Positions 11,314 to 24,479 of a stretch of DNA of 64,000 bases are shown here, piece by piece. Under the pieces are notes generated by a model that worked only from the letters and a program-made list of their open reading frames with translations, did not search any database and was not told the DNA's origin. How positions within the stretch are numbered: position 1 is the stretch's first letter; each line of letters begins with the position of its first letter. Source of the DNA: Epiperipatus broadwayi (lineage: Eukaryota > Animalia > Onychophora); contig JAQFVV010000008.1 in assembly GCA_028023455.1 (NCBI GenBank), forward strand, positions 10,478,001 to 10,542,000, written 5' to 3'. The position numbers and the translations under genes were made by a program.

Positions 11314-12101
11314 TATTGGATGAGTAGGCACTAGATAAGGATTTTATGCACAAGCCTTCTGGCATTCATTGATTACTCTGATTGGCACAGGGTGGCACTA
11401 CTGTATGGAGAGAGTTTTGCCTTGTTTAATAACAATTATGTGCTAGTATGAGATAGTGATCATGTGATGTTTAGTGGTTTAAAAACAAAGATTACTTAGA
11501 TAGTTGAAAGCATTTCTATACAGATTAAAACTTTGAATTTATATTATTATATTTATTTTATTGTTTGAATATAAAATTATATATATGATAAAGGAATGCA
11601 GACATCTTAATATTATATATGATTAAACCCTGACTATCTTTACCTGCTTAATTCATAATGATATGGGATAGCTGTTCACAATTAAGATCATGTGTACTAC
11701 CTATTAAACCTTAAATTAAGTCTGACAATTATTTAATAATACTACTAATATATAATAATTTGTTTTAAATGAAATATTTATTTTAAACTATATATAAACG
11801 TATTTAGTTATTATAATAGAATTTTATTTATGTTTATTTATCTTTGGTTCTATTGCTCTATGTGGTTTGATGCACTGATAGAAAAGTGAATTTTATAGTT
11901 CAAAGGTCATGGATCACAACTCCAGCTCTGCCACTTCAGATGCTCGAACTTTTTATAAACTTTTGAGCAATAAAGCTTTGGATTTTTTTTTTGGTTCAAT
12001 TAATAGCTTTAAGTGGTTACACCAAAAGACAAAAGTTTTTTAAAATTATATTTGGCAAATCATTTAAAGTTTTCCATGTTATAACAAGTAAATTGAGTTC
12101 A

Positions 12102-12475
12102 TCACATGATCACCATTCTTTATGCTTACACAAGCTGTTTACACAGAGGCTAAACTCTCTATACAATAACATCACTCAGTACAAGCCAGAGTAATCAATG
12201 GATTTAAGAAGGTTTGTGCATAAAATCCCTATCTAGTGCCTACTCATCCAATATCCACAAACTTAAAGCTTTATAGTTAATGAATAAAGTAAAAGGTAGT
12301 TGCTGGAGGTCAGTGCTCTCAGATCCAAGGGCTCCTCACTGATGAAAGCCACAAACTAAAAACTAGTCTGAGAATATTGGATGAGTAGGCAGTAGATAGG
12401 GATTTTATGTACAAACCTTCTTGCATTCTTTGACGCTCTCACCAAGAGGTGCTACTGTAAGAGTTTAGCCTCTGT
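12102..12475. mobile_element. Retrozyme-family insertion D (truncated fold-back, tail on left)
   Basis: 14-bp TSD GTAAATTGAGTTCA (12088-12101 / 12476-12489); arms are inverted copies of the monomer 3' part; degenerate hammerhead at 12333-12374 (+), with GAA mutated to AAA. Confidence 0.88.
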
Positions 12476-12969
12476 GTAAATTGAGTTCACATATGACTGT
12501 CAATAAATTCCTAGATAGCTTATATCCACATAGAATGTTCTGGAATGTAATTTTATTACATTTTAGGCAACAGCTTGTGAATGTAAATAAAAGACCAATT
12601 TTACAAAAACTCTTTCTAAATAGTTACTTTATATTTTTCATGTAAATTCAAACAAATCACTTTGGTCAAAGTATTTGGTTTTTGTGGTGAAGGATAAAAT
12701 AACAGCCGATAGATCCAAATCATCTAAAGAATATGGATTATAGCTTTAACATTGTTCATATTAAAATATATAACTTTTTTGCAAATTATGTGTATGATTA
12801 AAAAATTAAAGACAAATTCTTATTTTTATCTCAATAAATAAATAAATAAATATATATATATATCCTTTGTGTACAGATAATGAAGCTGTTAAACATAAGT
12901 AATATTATCCAAAAGTTACCACCAAGCACTTTTAGGACAGTTTATAGTCCCAAATTCATGTGAAAAATG

Positions 12970-13440
12970 CTACCTAGACCATTTTTGAGACAGAGAAAAG
13001 CAGACCTCTCTTCTATTGATTGCTGCTAGGTCACTTATTATGTAGTAAGCTTTCCTGACTTTGTGTTTAATATCATTTCTTTCAGAGCAGATAACACTGG
13101 CTGTGGTGAGTAGGAAGGCATGGTCAGTGACTCTCTCATGCTCAATAAAAATTGAATTGCCTTCAAGCTTAATTTTAGTCCTGTTATAGAGGTATCTATG
13201 TTGAGCTACTCTGGTTGCAATGTTGGTTTTAGTTTCTCCATAATATGTTGTCATGCAATTTCTTTGGGGGTGGGTGATTTTGTATCAACTTGAGGAGTGA
13301 GTTCAGGTTTGATCCTGTTTTTGGTGTTATTGATAAGTCTATTGGTGTTAGGAAGTGAATGGAAAGTGACATCAAAGTCACATGATAGTTTGTTAATAAG
13401 GCTTATCTCAAAAAAATATATTTTTCAAGAAAGTAATATA
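12970..13440 (-). pseudogene. Second Penelope-like GIY-YIG endonuclease remnant (different family)
   Basis: YYGETKTNIATRVAQH...IEH...F.....ICSERNDIKHKVRKAYYI; upstream LINKLSCDFDVTFHSLPNTNRLINN aligns by eye to the 4805 copy. Confidence 0.75.
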
Positions 13441-16400
13441 GGTCCACATCTTCTCAGCCAAACAATCCACAAAACAACAAAAATGAATTTGAAATGTGAC
13501 ACTAAATAATCTTAACAGGATTAAAAGTTAAAAGGATTATAATGATGAGAAAACTAATATTTAATTCATTCAAAATATATTTGTGCATTAACACAAAGAT
13601 GCTGAAATATGAAGTGGAAAGTTATATTGATAGATTTATAGGTGGTATCAATGGTTCAAAAAAAATATTTTAACTTTTTATATATATTGCAAATAATCAT
13701 CTTGACAATGATATAGTGAAGAACATAAAAATCATTGGTGAATAAATAAAGTAAGGAATTATTCTGGGTAAATTGATTGAAATTTATTTACTGGGATATT
13801 CAAGATGCTGAATAATGGAACATAATAATCTAGTAAATCAATAATGATTGAATTAAAAATTCTTATATTAGAAACTTAATATGGGTGGAATAATAATAAT
13901 AAATCTATTTTCCCCTATTTAGTGGAAATATTTGGTATATGATATTCTAGTTTTGAAGCACTAAATAGGATTCCACAAACAAAAATTTAGTAACAATTGA
14001 AAGAATATTTTAATGTTTCTACTAGTGACTCATTTCCAATTAGATGATTTATATACTAAAAATTATAAACATTATAAATTTGGAGGATTTCCAAAATACT
14101 ATTAATGTAAAGAATACTAACAATTCCTTAGATATAAGGAAAGGAGCTTCAAATGAAATTGCTTAGATTTACATATGTAGATGTGGGGTATTGTATGATT
14201 TTTAATAATAGTCATTTATTTTTTACACTAAATGTTCTATGAGATAATGAAGAATGATTGAATACACCAAAAACCTGAATGATCATCATCATCCTCATCA
14301 AGAATATGCTGGTGTCTTTTATATAAATATATTTTATAATTAATTCTGAAGCAGCATTTTTTTTTTGCTGGGCTAGAATAAAAAGATAATTGTGATATTT
14401 CGAGTGCACTTTTATTAGCATCTCTGAAATATGCGAGTTATTGCAACCAGAATATTTTAATATTCTCCTGATAGATTTTAATATATATATTTTAATTCAG
14501 GTTAAATTCATTCTTAATTCACAATTTATTTTAATTTCTACAAAATCAAACAAGGGAGAAATTAAGTCAAAATAGTTGTTACAATAAAAAAGTATTTAAT
14601 CAGTGAAGAGTTTAATGCTAGAAGAAATATTTCTTTTAATTAAAAATCAATGTGACATCGAATATCAGTTATACATGGACATGGTTAGAGCATATTTATG
14701 TTTAATATATGAAGGAATGATTATTAAGGGATCTACTATTAACATTAAAAACAGAATACTTATAAGGAGATGCAATGGCAAAATATCTAGAATGAAAATT
14801 CATATAGTTTGGTATTAAGGGTTTAAAGTAGATAGAACTGTTGCAATTTAAATCACCAACAAAAACGACTACTTTAGTGAATAGAGTATTTTCTTAAAGA
14901 TTAATAAGAAGTAGGCAACAAATTTATATACACATATTAACAAGTGAGTGTAAGTTAGAAGGATGATAATGTGGGATTGCTATAAAATTTATTTTGGTTG
15001 AAATGATTGATAATTTTTTTAAGCTGGGTATATGTTGATATGAATAATGACATTTTTGTCTAGTCACCAATTGGATTTGAATAGTGTACATATTCACATT
15101 TAAGTTTGCTTAAAGGTATCATTCCTAATGTTGTCAATTATTTTTGTTTTTGTATTGATGTAAACAGCTGTGATTAGACTTGGAGTATGATTTCATGATT
15201 TGTTAATAATTAGAATAACTACTTTGAGTTTATACTTATTGATAATCATTAATTAACTTTGTGATTGCTTTTCTTATATTTCTTGGTTATCTGGTTATTT
15301 GAGAGACACTGCTTTTATTAGATCTTTTCATCATCTATTGTGAACTTAAATAATCAATGGATATTAAATGTTATTCTTATTACATCTACATCATTGGATA
15401 TTTTTTAATTATAGAATTTGTCAGTGGATACTTGTTGGACTTATTGAATTTCACACTTTGTTACTACTCAGATAGGAACCTAAAAATTTAAAAGTGGCCT
15501 AAAATGTCAAACTGACATCAACTAGCTTGTGTTGTTACATAATTCTGTATCTAGGTAAATAATAGTATTTTTAATGATTTTAGTTTATTGATAATCATAG
15601 AAACCTTTTACTTTTTGGTCAAATTGTTATTTACCAGGAAAACATTACATAATTTTTTTCCACTTTCATTTAACATATGCTTTTAAAGATTACCTTCACA
15701 CCATTAAAACATATGTTAAATGTAAGCATTAAAGGCTGTATGGTGTTTTGTTGTATACATTTTGGTCAAAGAATGAAAAGTGTTTGCACTTATCCTAAAA
15801 CTAATGGCACTAAAGTATGTAGTTATTTGCTCAGTATTAGATTTATATAAATTACACAAAAAAAATGGCGTGGATTCAAAACTTTAAGGGAGCTTGAATT
15901 ACAGGTATTAGTTTAATGGGAAAAAAATAGTTACTTAATATTGGGTGTGTTAGGTCCACAAGATCTTTCTGATGAAGGCATAATATAAAAACTAAACTGA
16001 GAGTAGATATAATAGGATTACAATAAGCTTTACATTAATTATTCAAACATACAATAGATCATCTGGATTAAAGTAAAAAGATTTTTAAAAACATATAATA
16101 ATCATGAGCAGAAAAAGTCATGTGATATTCTGTTGAAAAATAATTGTTAAAAGCAGATATATCTAATAAAATTTCTGAATCAAAAAAATCACTTGCATGC
16201 AGTAATGGTGATATTGTTTATGATAGTACATTAATATTTCATTTGATTGATTCTCTTTAAAAAAAATCATCTAGTTACTTACAAATTTTATCCAGAATCC
16301 TTAATGTATAAAACAGGCTGAACAAGAGTCTCATTAAGATTATTAAATTAAAACTAATAAAGTAAATGTGGAATAAGAAAAAGTCATTGTCATTTTAAAA

Positions 16401-17224
16401 TTAATTTCCAATATTCCAATTGAAAGCATATACTGTATTTATATTTTATAGTTTTAAAAAAATTAGTTCAATTTTATAATTTTTTTAAAAATTATTAAAT
16501 GCATTATTTTGGCTAACTTTAAATTTATATTCAATTTCACTTTTCTACTTCCTACATGAAATTTGTCTAAGTATCTATACAATGATAATGTCATCATAAA
16601 TTATAGACTATTTAAATATTTTCTATATACTTTGATTAATACTTTTTATACAAACTTTGAAAAGCGTCTTCAAAAATATTATGAAAGCTTAAAAGTATAT
16701 TCATTCTTCTCTTCTTTTTTTTTTTCAGTTTTTTAATACTTTTAATTATTTTTGTTTTACTTAGATGTGATTGCACTTTTTTTGGAGTAATGTTTGCTCT
16801 CTTTAGATTGCAGTACCTCCCTTCACTCCTAATTCACATATATATATATAAAAAGAAAGTTTCATTTAACATGACTGATTCAAAAATATAAAGCAATCTT
16901 AAGTTAGTGATTATTCATTTCTCTCTCTCTGTTTGTGTGTATGTGTGTAAACCTGTTGTCAAGGCAATCTCTATATGTAAAAAATAGATTCCTGTTTTTA
17001 TTTTCAGAGATTACCCTGACAACAGATTAAAGATTTATGGTGTAGATAAGATCAGGTTGTTAATATGTGATTCACATTTGTGACCTATCTATCTTTATGC
17101 AACATAATGTTTAATATATATATATATATTGCTAAAAGGAAGTTGCCTGGACAACAGTTTGAAATTTTTGATTGTTATCTACATTGGGATTATCTAAGTG
17201 TTGACTGTTTTCTAGGGGTTATAT

Positions 17225-17560
17225 TATGTTTTGTGTGATCATTTTTGATCATTGTCGACCTATTTCAGAGCAAACGCTTTTCCAATAGTTCTCATCAATG
17301 ATCTATCAAATGCCATTTTTTATTAAAATAATCTAAAAAGTTTTTTTTTTAATCCACTTCAAACTCTTCTAAAAATAGTTCTTATATTCAAGTGTCCAAT
17401 CAAGGATTGATGTGACACAAGGTTGCTATTGCTTTTTGCATGTGTCCAGCTATTCCATCTATTTTTATTTAAGTGATTTAATTTTTGAGATATTTCAATA
17501 ATATCAATCTGGTCCAGAATCTTTTTTTTTTCCTTTTTTTTCTAATTGTTTCTAATCGAT
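17225..17560 (-). mobile_element. 3' end of a decayed RTE-like LINE
   Basis: Frameshifted motifs RW..AGHM, SILDWT and DENYWKAFAL resemble the RTE C-terminus (RW.GH..R...IL.W...DR..W). Confidence 0.35.
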
Positions 17561-18487
17561 CTTGTGTATTTTTCTAATAGAATGATAGACTTAAAATTAC
17601 TAATGCTTAAATAACACATGACATCCTGAATGACTAATCATGCAATAGTTGTATTACTCCTAATACTTTTTCTATATTTCTATGTATTATTTACAATTTT
17701 TATTTTATTTAAGAATTTATTTCATAATGACAATTCATAAGGAGACATCATAGTCAAATCACAATAATTAATTTTTTAAAAATTTTAAGACATTCCTTTA
17801 AGTATAATATTAATCACAAATGTGAGTTTGATAGATATAGTATGTAAATATACATAACTTTCAATTGCATGGATTCATATATATGGATATATATATATCA
17901 TCATTCAAAAAAAATCAAATGATGTATTGTTTGGAAGTTCATAAGAATTTAGAGAACTGGAAGTGACAGAGCTAAACTGGAATTCATGGACCTTGAGTTC
18001 CAGAATCTATCATTTTTTACTTGAACCAAACTATGCAAATCCTCAAAAATAAAAATGATCATTTTCATTTCAGGAAATAGAAAAAAATAGATAATAAAAA
18101 GATAAATGCAAGTTTTGCATGATAATACTAATCAATCTTTTCAGAAAAACTTCAATACCTTTAAAATTAAATTTATTTCTTTGTTATATTTATTCTTAAC
18201 CATATTTTTATAATGAAAACTATCAATATTGTACATCTTTAGAGTCTCTTTGAAAATCGTATTGATGATCACCACTAATATCTTTTAAGAATTCTGTTAT
18301 AATTCTTTTGCTTTAGTGAAGGTATAAACTTATACAAGTGTGTGTGTGTATATATATATATAGTAATGGAATTATGCCCACTAGTGATTATATTCTATCT
18401 TCATCATTTTAAGCAATTATTATTTATCCATTTAATGACCAGTGCATGACTGTATAAAGGTGCAGTAACTATAATTTTAAAACTTAC

Positions 18488-18657
18488 CTCTATTTGATCA
18501 TAGTCACTGATGATGGTTAGACTGAAGCTTATGTCAAGCATTGGACTCAAGGCAAACCAGTCTTATTTGCTGATTATCATCTATCCCATATATAATCTAA
18601 TAGATAGGACCAGAGCAGCTATATCATAACTTATTCTAAATCTTATGAAGCAAATAC
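18488..18657 (-). other. Candidate spliced exon (5' UTR, possibly ending in MLDISFSLTIISDYDQIE)
   Basis: catcaaacag| acceptor and GAG|gtaagt donor; stops in all frames except the terminal ATG-initiated one. Confidence 0.25.
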
Positions 18658-20973
18658 CTGTTTGATGGATGAAAAATTAATGAGAAATGAGACCCTTTTT
18701 AACAATTAATTTATTAATAACAATAAAAAAAACTTAATAAAACAAATTAACCTTCTATCTAACACCTTGTATTTATAAATGTGCATAATCAACAAAAAAT
18801 TATTTTAGAATAGATCAGCAAAATCAATCAAGTGGCTTAATTCATTTTACTTCAATTTTTTTTAGTCCACCTTAACTTTATTGATTTCCTGGCTCCAGGA
18901 TTAATAATATAAGAACAATAATATTATAATATATAAAAAAACAATCTTGATTATTTAGAACAAAATTTAAAAATGAGTCTCTTTGTGAAATTAAATCAAT
19001 TTTACTGATTATTAGTAACATTATTAATTATTCAAATATAAGTCAATTGAAAACAATCTTTCCAAACTTTGTTGAGCTCAACATTTATGCTTTATTTTCT
19101 TTCCATCATTTAAAACATTTGGTATCCATTTTATTGTTAAAGAGGTCTCTATTACTGAGATAACTTGAGTTTGTTTCATGGTTATGTCTTTTTGACTGTT
19201 ATAGTTTATCTAACAATGGAGAATATCATGTAGATACTTAGTATTCATGTTATTCCTCTTTGGTACAAGTATTAATTTTCTGGTCTATGGTTCATTTTTC
19301 TCTGACAATTTTCAGCATGCATTGCAGTCACTTAATAATAACAATGGCAAACAATTCCAACAATGATAGGATTTACTAGCCATTTATTTTAACAATTTTT
19401 TGGGCATTTCACTCTTTTATATAAGTTATACCTTGTGGAAAGATCAGGAAAACAATCCAATAAAATATCTACTCAGCCATAGTAGATAAACATGAATATA
19501 ATCAATGAGAAATCATTTTTATGCATAATTGAAGGATAGTAGCAATTCCCCTCTTTTTTTAGTTGACTAGCATGATTATTCAACAACATTTAATTAAAGA
19601 ATTTTAAAAAATGAACTTTTTATCTCCTTCACTTTTTTATTAATTAATATTAGAATCTGAAAATCGTAAAACAAGCAAAAAATTTGGCCTCAATTCTTCT
19701 TGCATTGTATAGATAACAGAACAAAGCAGATGAGATAAATTATGTTTTAAAACTAATATTCAGGACCATAGATTTTAATCTGCTTTAATTTATCTTCCTC
19801 ATTCTTTAGTTTATAATTAATTAAAGAGAAAGTTTATCTAAATATTTGTTTGTTTTAAGAAACAAAATTTCATTTCTTTAAATTTTAATTAATTCTTTTC
19901 TTTTATTTAAGAATAAAATAATATTTTTATTAAATTTAATTCTATTATCCCTTTTTGGGTTTCCTTTCCAATTAATACTTTTTACTTTTATTCAATTAAA
20001 TTTTTAAAAGTTCCAGATATACAGAAAACTCTATTTTTTTCTTTTTATGTATTAAAATGAACTAAACTATTCTTAAAACTTAATTTTAACAACCACTTAG
20101 CTTTTATATTTGTAATTTGCCAGGTTGTATATACAATCCATGATAGAAAAATTACAATATATATATTGTAGGGAATAATGATGATCAAAAATGATAAGAT
20201 GAATATGCCATTATTGACAGTTATTATATTATTCACATGACGGTATAATTAATTAATTTTTGCCATCATCAAATTTTATTTCATATATCCAAAAAAATTA
20301 GTCAATATCTGGCTAAATGTTAAAACTGCCTATCATCATTGTTTATATAGTTTTATTGTTTAAAGTATAATCTGATGTAGTACTAATAATTGGGTTATGT
20401 TCACTAGCAATAAATGCTCTTACTTGTTGTTGTTTTTTTTAATTGACTCTATAAAAAGTATTGGCTAATGCAAATCAGCTTTTATTTGTTTTGAAAATAT
20501 GCATGCTTCTTAATCCTCAGTTTTCATCTTTCATAAAAGGATTGATTTGCCTATCATTATAATTCCTTAAATACTTATTCTCTTTTACAATGTTAACCAT
20601 GATTTAAAACATCTTGAAACACTTTAAAACTCACTTTAATGCATTGCAACTAGGTGGAGAATAAAATAACACTCTAATAATAACAAAATAGAAAATGATA
20701 AAGAAATTAAAGCACAAAATTATATTATAGACATATACAAATATGTAGTCTTATATGTTAAATAGCATGCACATTTGTGTATATCTCTGACTCAGTATCT
20801 CATTTAACTATACTTAATTTTATTTATATCAAACAAAACAACAACAAAAAAACTTTTCAAAGATATACACCTATAAAATATATACCTCTTAAAACATTTA
20901 TTAATTGTATATGGTAAGTTTATGAAATATATTTTAATGCAAAAAATTACATTATTTTTTTTCCTGTGTCAAA

Positions 20974-21045
20974 TGCGTTGACTGGGAAGTGAACCTGGGC
21001 TAGCTTCTTGGAAGGCAGCTATGCTAACCACTAGGCCATCAATGC
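20974..21045 (-). pseudogene. tRNA-Gly(TCC) pseudogene
   Basis: GCATTGATGGCCTAGTGGTTAGCATAGCTGCCTTCCAAGAAGCTAGCCCAGGTTCACTTCCCAGTCAACGCA closely follows eukaryotic tRNA-Gly(TCC). T-loop TTCGA is mutated to TTCAC and there is CpG-type decay. Confidence 0.85.
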
Positions 21046-22385
21046 TTGACAAAATTTACATTATTAACTCTCATTTTAAAAATATGTTATAAAGAAATGA
21101 AGCTAAGGAAAAAATCATGAATGAAAACTTCACTAATTACCTTTTTTCTTATAAAAAGTAATGTTACTATATAAAACTATTTTATTTAAGTTTAAGTATT
21201 GAATTTTAGTAAGTATAATTTAATCAAGCTCTTACTATTATTTTACTATTTAGTATCATCATTTACTATACCATCATGCATAATACATTTTTTAAAAAAA
21301 ACATACCTTTTTGACAATCTGCAAAACTATTTCCTTTTGCAAGATAAATCTTGAAGATAAATCTTTCAAGTTTTAATTGTTCTCCACACAAATGTTAGTT
21401 TTACTTAGAGCAATACTTTTACTGAATTTTATTTTAATTTTAGCTTATCTGTTTGTAAATGGGCTATTAACTCAGAGACATATTTCAGCAATGTAAGATA
21501 GACAATAGGCAAGCTATATAACAACTGTATGCTCCATATCCAAAACTTTACAGTGATTACATGTTTAGTCAATAGAAGGAAATTCAACTAGTATTTGTAC
21601 TCAGCACATATTTTTTATATAATATGCTCACAGAGTTAACTTTATTACAGTGGAAATTTAAAATGATAAAGAAACTTGTTGTTTCAATGCAGACTTGATA
21701 TCAGCTTTCTTCTTGTAGTTATTTCTCCGGAAAATTTTATACTTAATGCTTCATAGCCTGCTGTTCTTGATCATAATCAATGACTAATAATTTGGCCAGT
21801 GAACTCACTATAAGTTTGTACTTTTATAAACCTATCATTCCACCATATAACAAATATTTTTTAAAAAATATGTTTACTTGTATATAAGCATCTCATCTCG
21901 TTATTGTTCTTTTTTATTAATTAATCTATTATTTACCCAAAATTAGACATGCAAAAAGAATGATTTAACTTCAAATTACATTTTCTTTTTTTTTTTTTAA
22001 ATTTTAGACTCCATTTATAATTTGAAGTCTTTTTTTTAAACATACATCTTTATAACTTATAAAATATAAAGTTTAAATTTTAAAGCTATTACTGATCTTT
22101 ACAATAATTAACCATTAAAAAATAAAAAAATGACTTTACAATAAAAAATACTTTTCACATTATTTTATTTTCACGCATGTAATGGCTTCACTGTCAATAT
22201 ATTGTATTTTGGAGATTTATTAGGAATAAATAGGAGTTTTCATTTATTTGCTAAAGAATTGCTCTCCAATTTAAATTTAGCATGGCTTTCATGTTTTACC
22301 TTATATCAATATAAATATTGAATTTAATGATTAATCTTTCATATTTTAAGCACTTTTACCCATCTTATCTTCTGGGGTAATAATT

Positions 22386-23502
22386 CAGGGGTGGGAAACA
22401 CTGGGATCAATTCTGGCTCTCAAAAGCTCTCAGTACAGCCTCCAGACATTTTCAAAAATGTATATAAAATGGCACTGTATAAAACTTCTATTTAAACATG
22501 TAATTCAAATATTAAATTAAGAGTTAAGTAAAATAAAATATTTTCTTAATTACATCCAACCTTTATAATAGTTCTAGTTCATTCTATCAGAGGTGAAATA
22601 TTTTAACAAATTATATGTATTGGGTGATCTATCTGACTATAGATTTAATCTACAGTGTGGTGGGCATTTTGTTTGTTTTTATAGTGATTTTTTTCAGATT
22701 AATAATATATTCACAAAAATAAAATTAGGATTTTACTTTATATTGTTATTATTTTGCTTTATTATTATTATGATGGCTATACTGAGTAAAATAAAATAAT
22801 AAAAAAAACTAATACAGAGAATTGCATATTTTAATAGAAATGGATCAACAAATATTTCTTTTCAAGAAAGAAATAGTAAATTGATGTATCTGATATGTCC
22901 GGAAAGTATTTAGTTATATAAGATTATATCAGTTAATAAAGAACACTATTTATTAAACATTCTGTTTGCAATAAAATTGTTAAGAAAGAAATATTAAAAT
23001 AGAAACCCTGAAAAGGAACTTCATCTCGTGACTGACATATCTTGTAAAAAGTCCAAACAAGTCAGAAAATTTTGTGAAGGCAAATTTAAAAAAAGGCAGA
23101 ATTTCAAGACCATTTTCTGAAGGGAAATTTATAAATGGCTGCATCCCAGCTGCTGTAGAATTAATTTGTCCAGAACATAAAAAGAAATCCAAAAATATAA
23201 TATCATGAAGAATAGTTACAAGGCAAATTAGAAAAATTGTCATTAAATGTGGAACGATTATTAATAATAATAATGCTACTTTATTTTTAATTCACAAAAA
23301 AATTATGACCCTCATTTAAAAATGGCAAGTTGAAATTGACATGCCAGCTGAAAAGATTGTCCTTCCTAATGATTAGAAATAAATTAATTAAATGTTTGAT
23401 ATAATATAGCAGGCTAATTTTTATGTGGATAATTTTTTATCTGGCCCATGAATGATATAAATATCCAAATGGGTCTTGGTTAAAAAACATTTCCCACCCC
23501 TA
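22386..23502 (+). mobile_element. Internally deleted hAT transposon (Charlie/SPIN, GTF2IRD2-like transposase fragment)
   Basis: TIRs CAGGGGTGGGAAA / TTTCCCACCCCTA; 8-bp TSD TAATAATT / CAATAATT; internal KWINKYFF...LIC and RPFSEGKFINGCI.AAVELICPEHK. Confidence 0.85.
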
Positions 23503-24479
23503 CAATAATTCTTGGATCTAAGAGTTAATTAGTCTAATAGTCTTTATAATCTTTAATAATTTCAAGAATATTAATAATTTTCATAGAAGCACACAAATAT
23601 TCAGATATATATATATTATTTTATAATATCTCCTTTCATAACCCGAATTAGAAACAACAAACATTACTGCCCTTCTTATCTTCCATAGACAAAAATCCCT
23701 TGATTCACAATTACATCTTATTTAGGTTATCATTTTTGGCAGCATTTATATTTGTGAACAACTACTTTCAAGAATGAATCACATTAAAATAAAAATTAGA
23801 ACCAAGATATATGGTGAGCACCCCAAGAAGTCAGAATTGCAATTATTTCCATCAAACTAGATGTGGATGCATTAGTTTCTCAACTACAATGTTAAATATC
23901 CCACTAGTTTTATGTTCACCTCTTTTTTTTATTTTTTGCTTATTAGTGGTGGCAAATATCATAAAATTGTGCACAGACGTTTTTTTTTTTGCTTATCAGA
24001 CTTTGGCCACCCTTATGCATTTAATGTGTAGTCCAAGATAACTCTTCTAATGTGATCCAAAGATGCCAAAAGATTGGAAAATCCTCATCTAGACTATTAA
24101 ACTAAAAATGAATTAAAGATAAGTCAGATAGCAATATTGTTACTAGATAACAAAATTTCAGTTGCATTGTCAGTTTTTAATTAGTTGAAATGAGTTTGTG
24201 CATATCTAATAAAAGGTAAAGTATTTAACTGCATTAAACAATTTCTTAATAACCTTTAAATAGAGATTGCATTGCTATGTTTGGGAAAGTATCACTATTT
24301 TAGAAACATATGTCCAGCAGAAATTCGTTGATTTTTTTATTATCAAATCTTACCACTTAAAGGGTTGTAAACATTTCTATAAATGATGTAAGTGAAAATT
24401 AACATTATTCATTACAGTTACACATTTCTATAAAGTCATAAATAAAACATCTCTTAAATAGCTCATTTCAGAATTATTT

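Larger units (their letters stand above)
10144..11481. mobile_element. Hammerhead retrozyme-like insertion A: two tandem ~447-bp monomers (minus) plus one inverted monomer with tail (plus)
   Basis: Units start at 10141 and 10589; inversion centre at TGATCA 11011-11016; 13-bp TSD AAAACAAAGATTA (10131-10143 / 11482-11494); three hammerheads. Confidence 0.92.

Noticed and set aside
10144-11481. Interpretation of the tandem and inverted repeats as a CRISPR array or as DNA-transposon MITEs
   Set aside because: No short repeat-spacer periodicity and the context is eukaryotic. TSD lengths vary (10-14 bp) and the ends are asymmetric, unlike TIR elements.
11967-12645. Removing insertion D restores an ~90-codon plus-strand open frame
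   Set aside because: No start codon in the upstream part; the ATG at 11909 is out of frame; no recognisable motif; the opposite strand is similarly open.
13500-15200. Possible L1/Tx1-like RT relic (YKFGGFPKYY motif)
   Set aside because: Too decayed to support beyond one weak motif by eye.
18500-18575. CTGATGATGGTT...AAACCAGTC hammerhead-like motif
   Set aside because: No stem I pairing and the GAAA box is not intact; it overlaps a candidate exon on the other strand.
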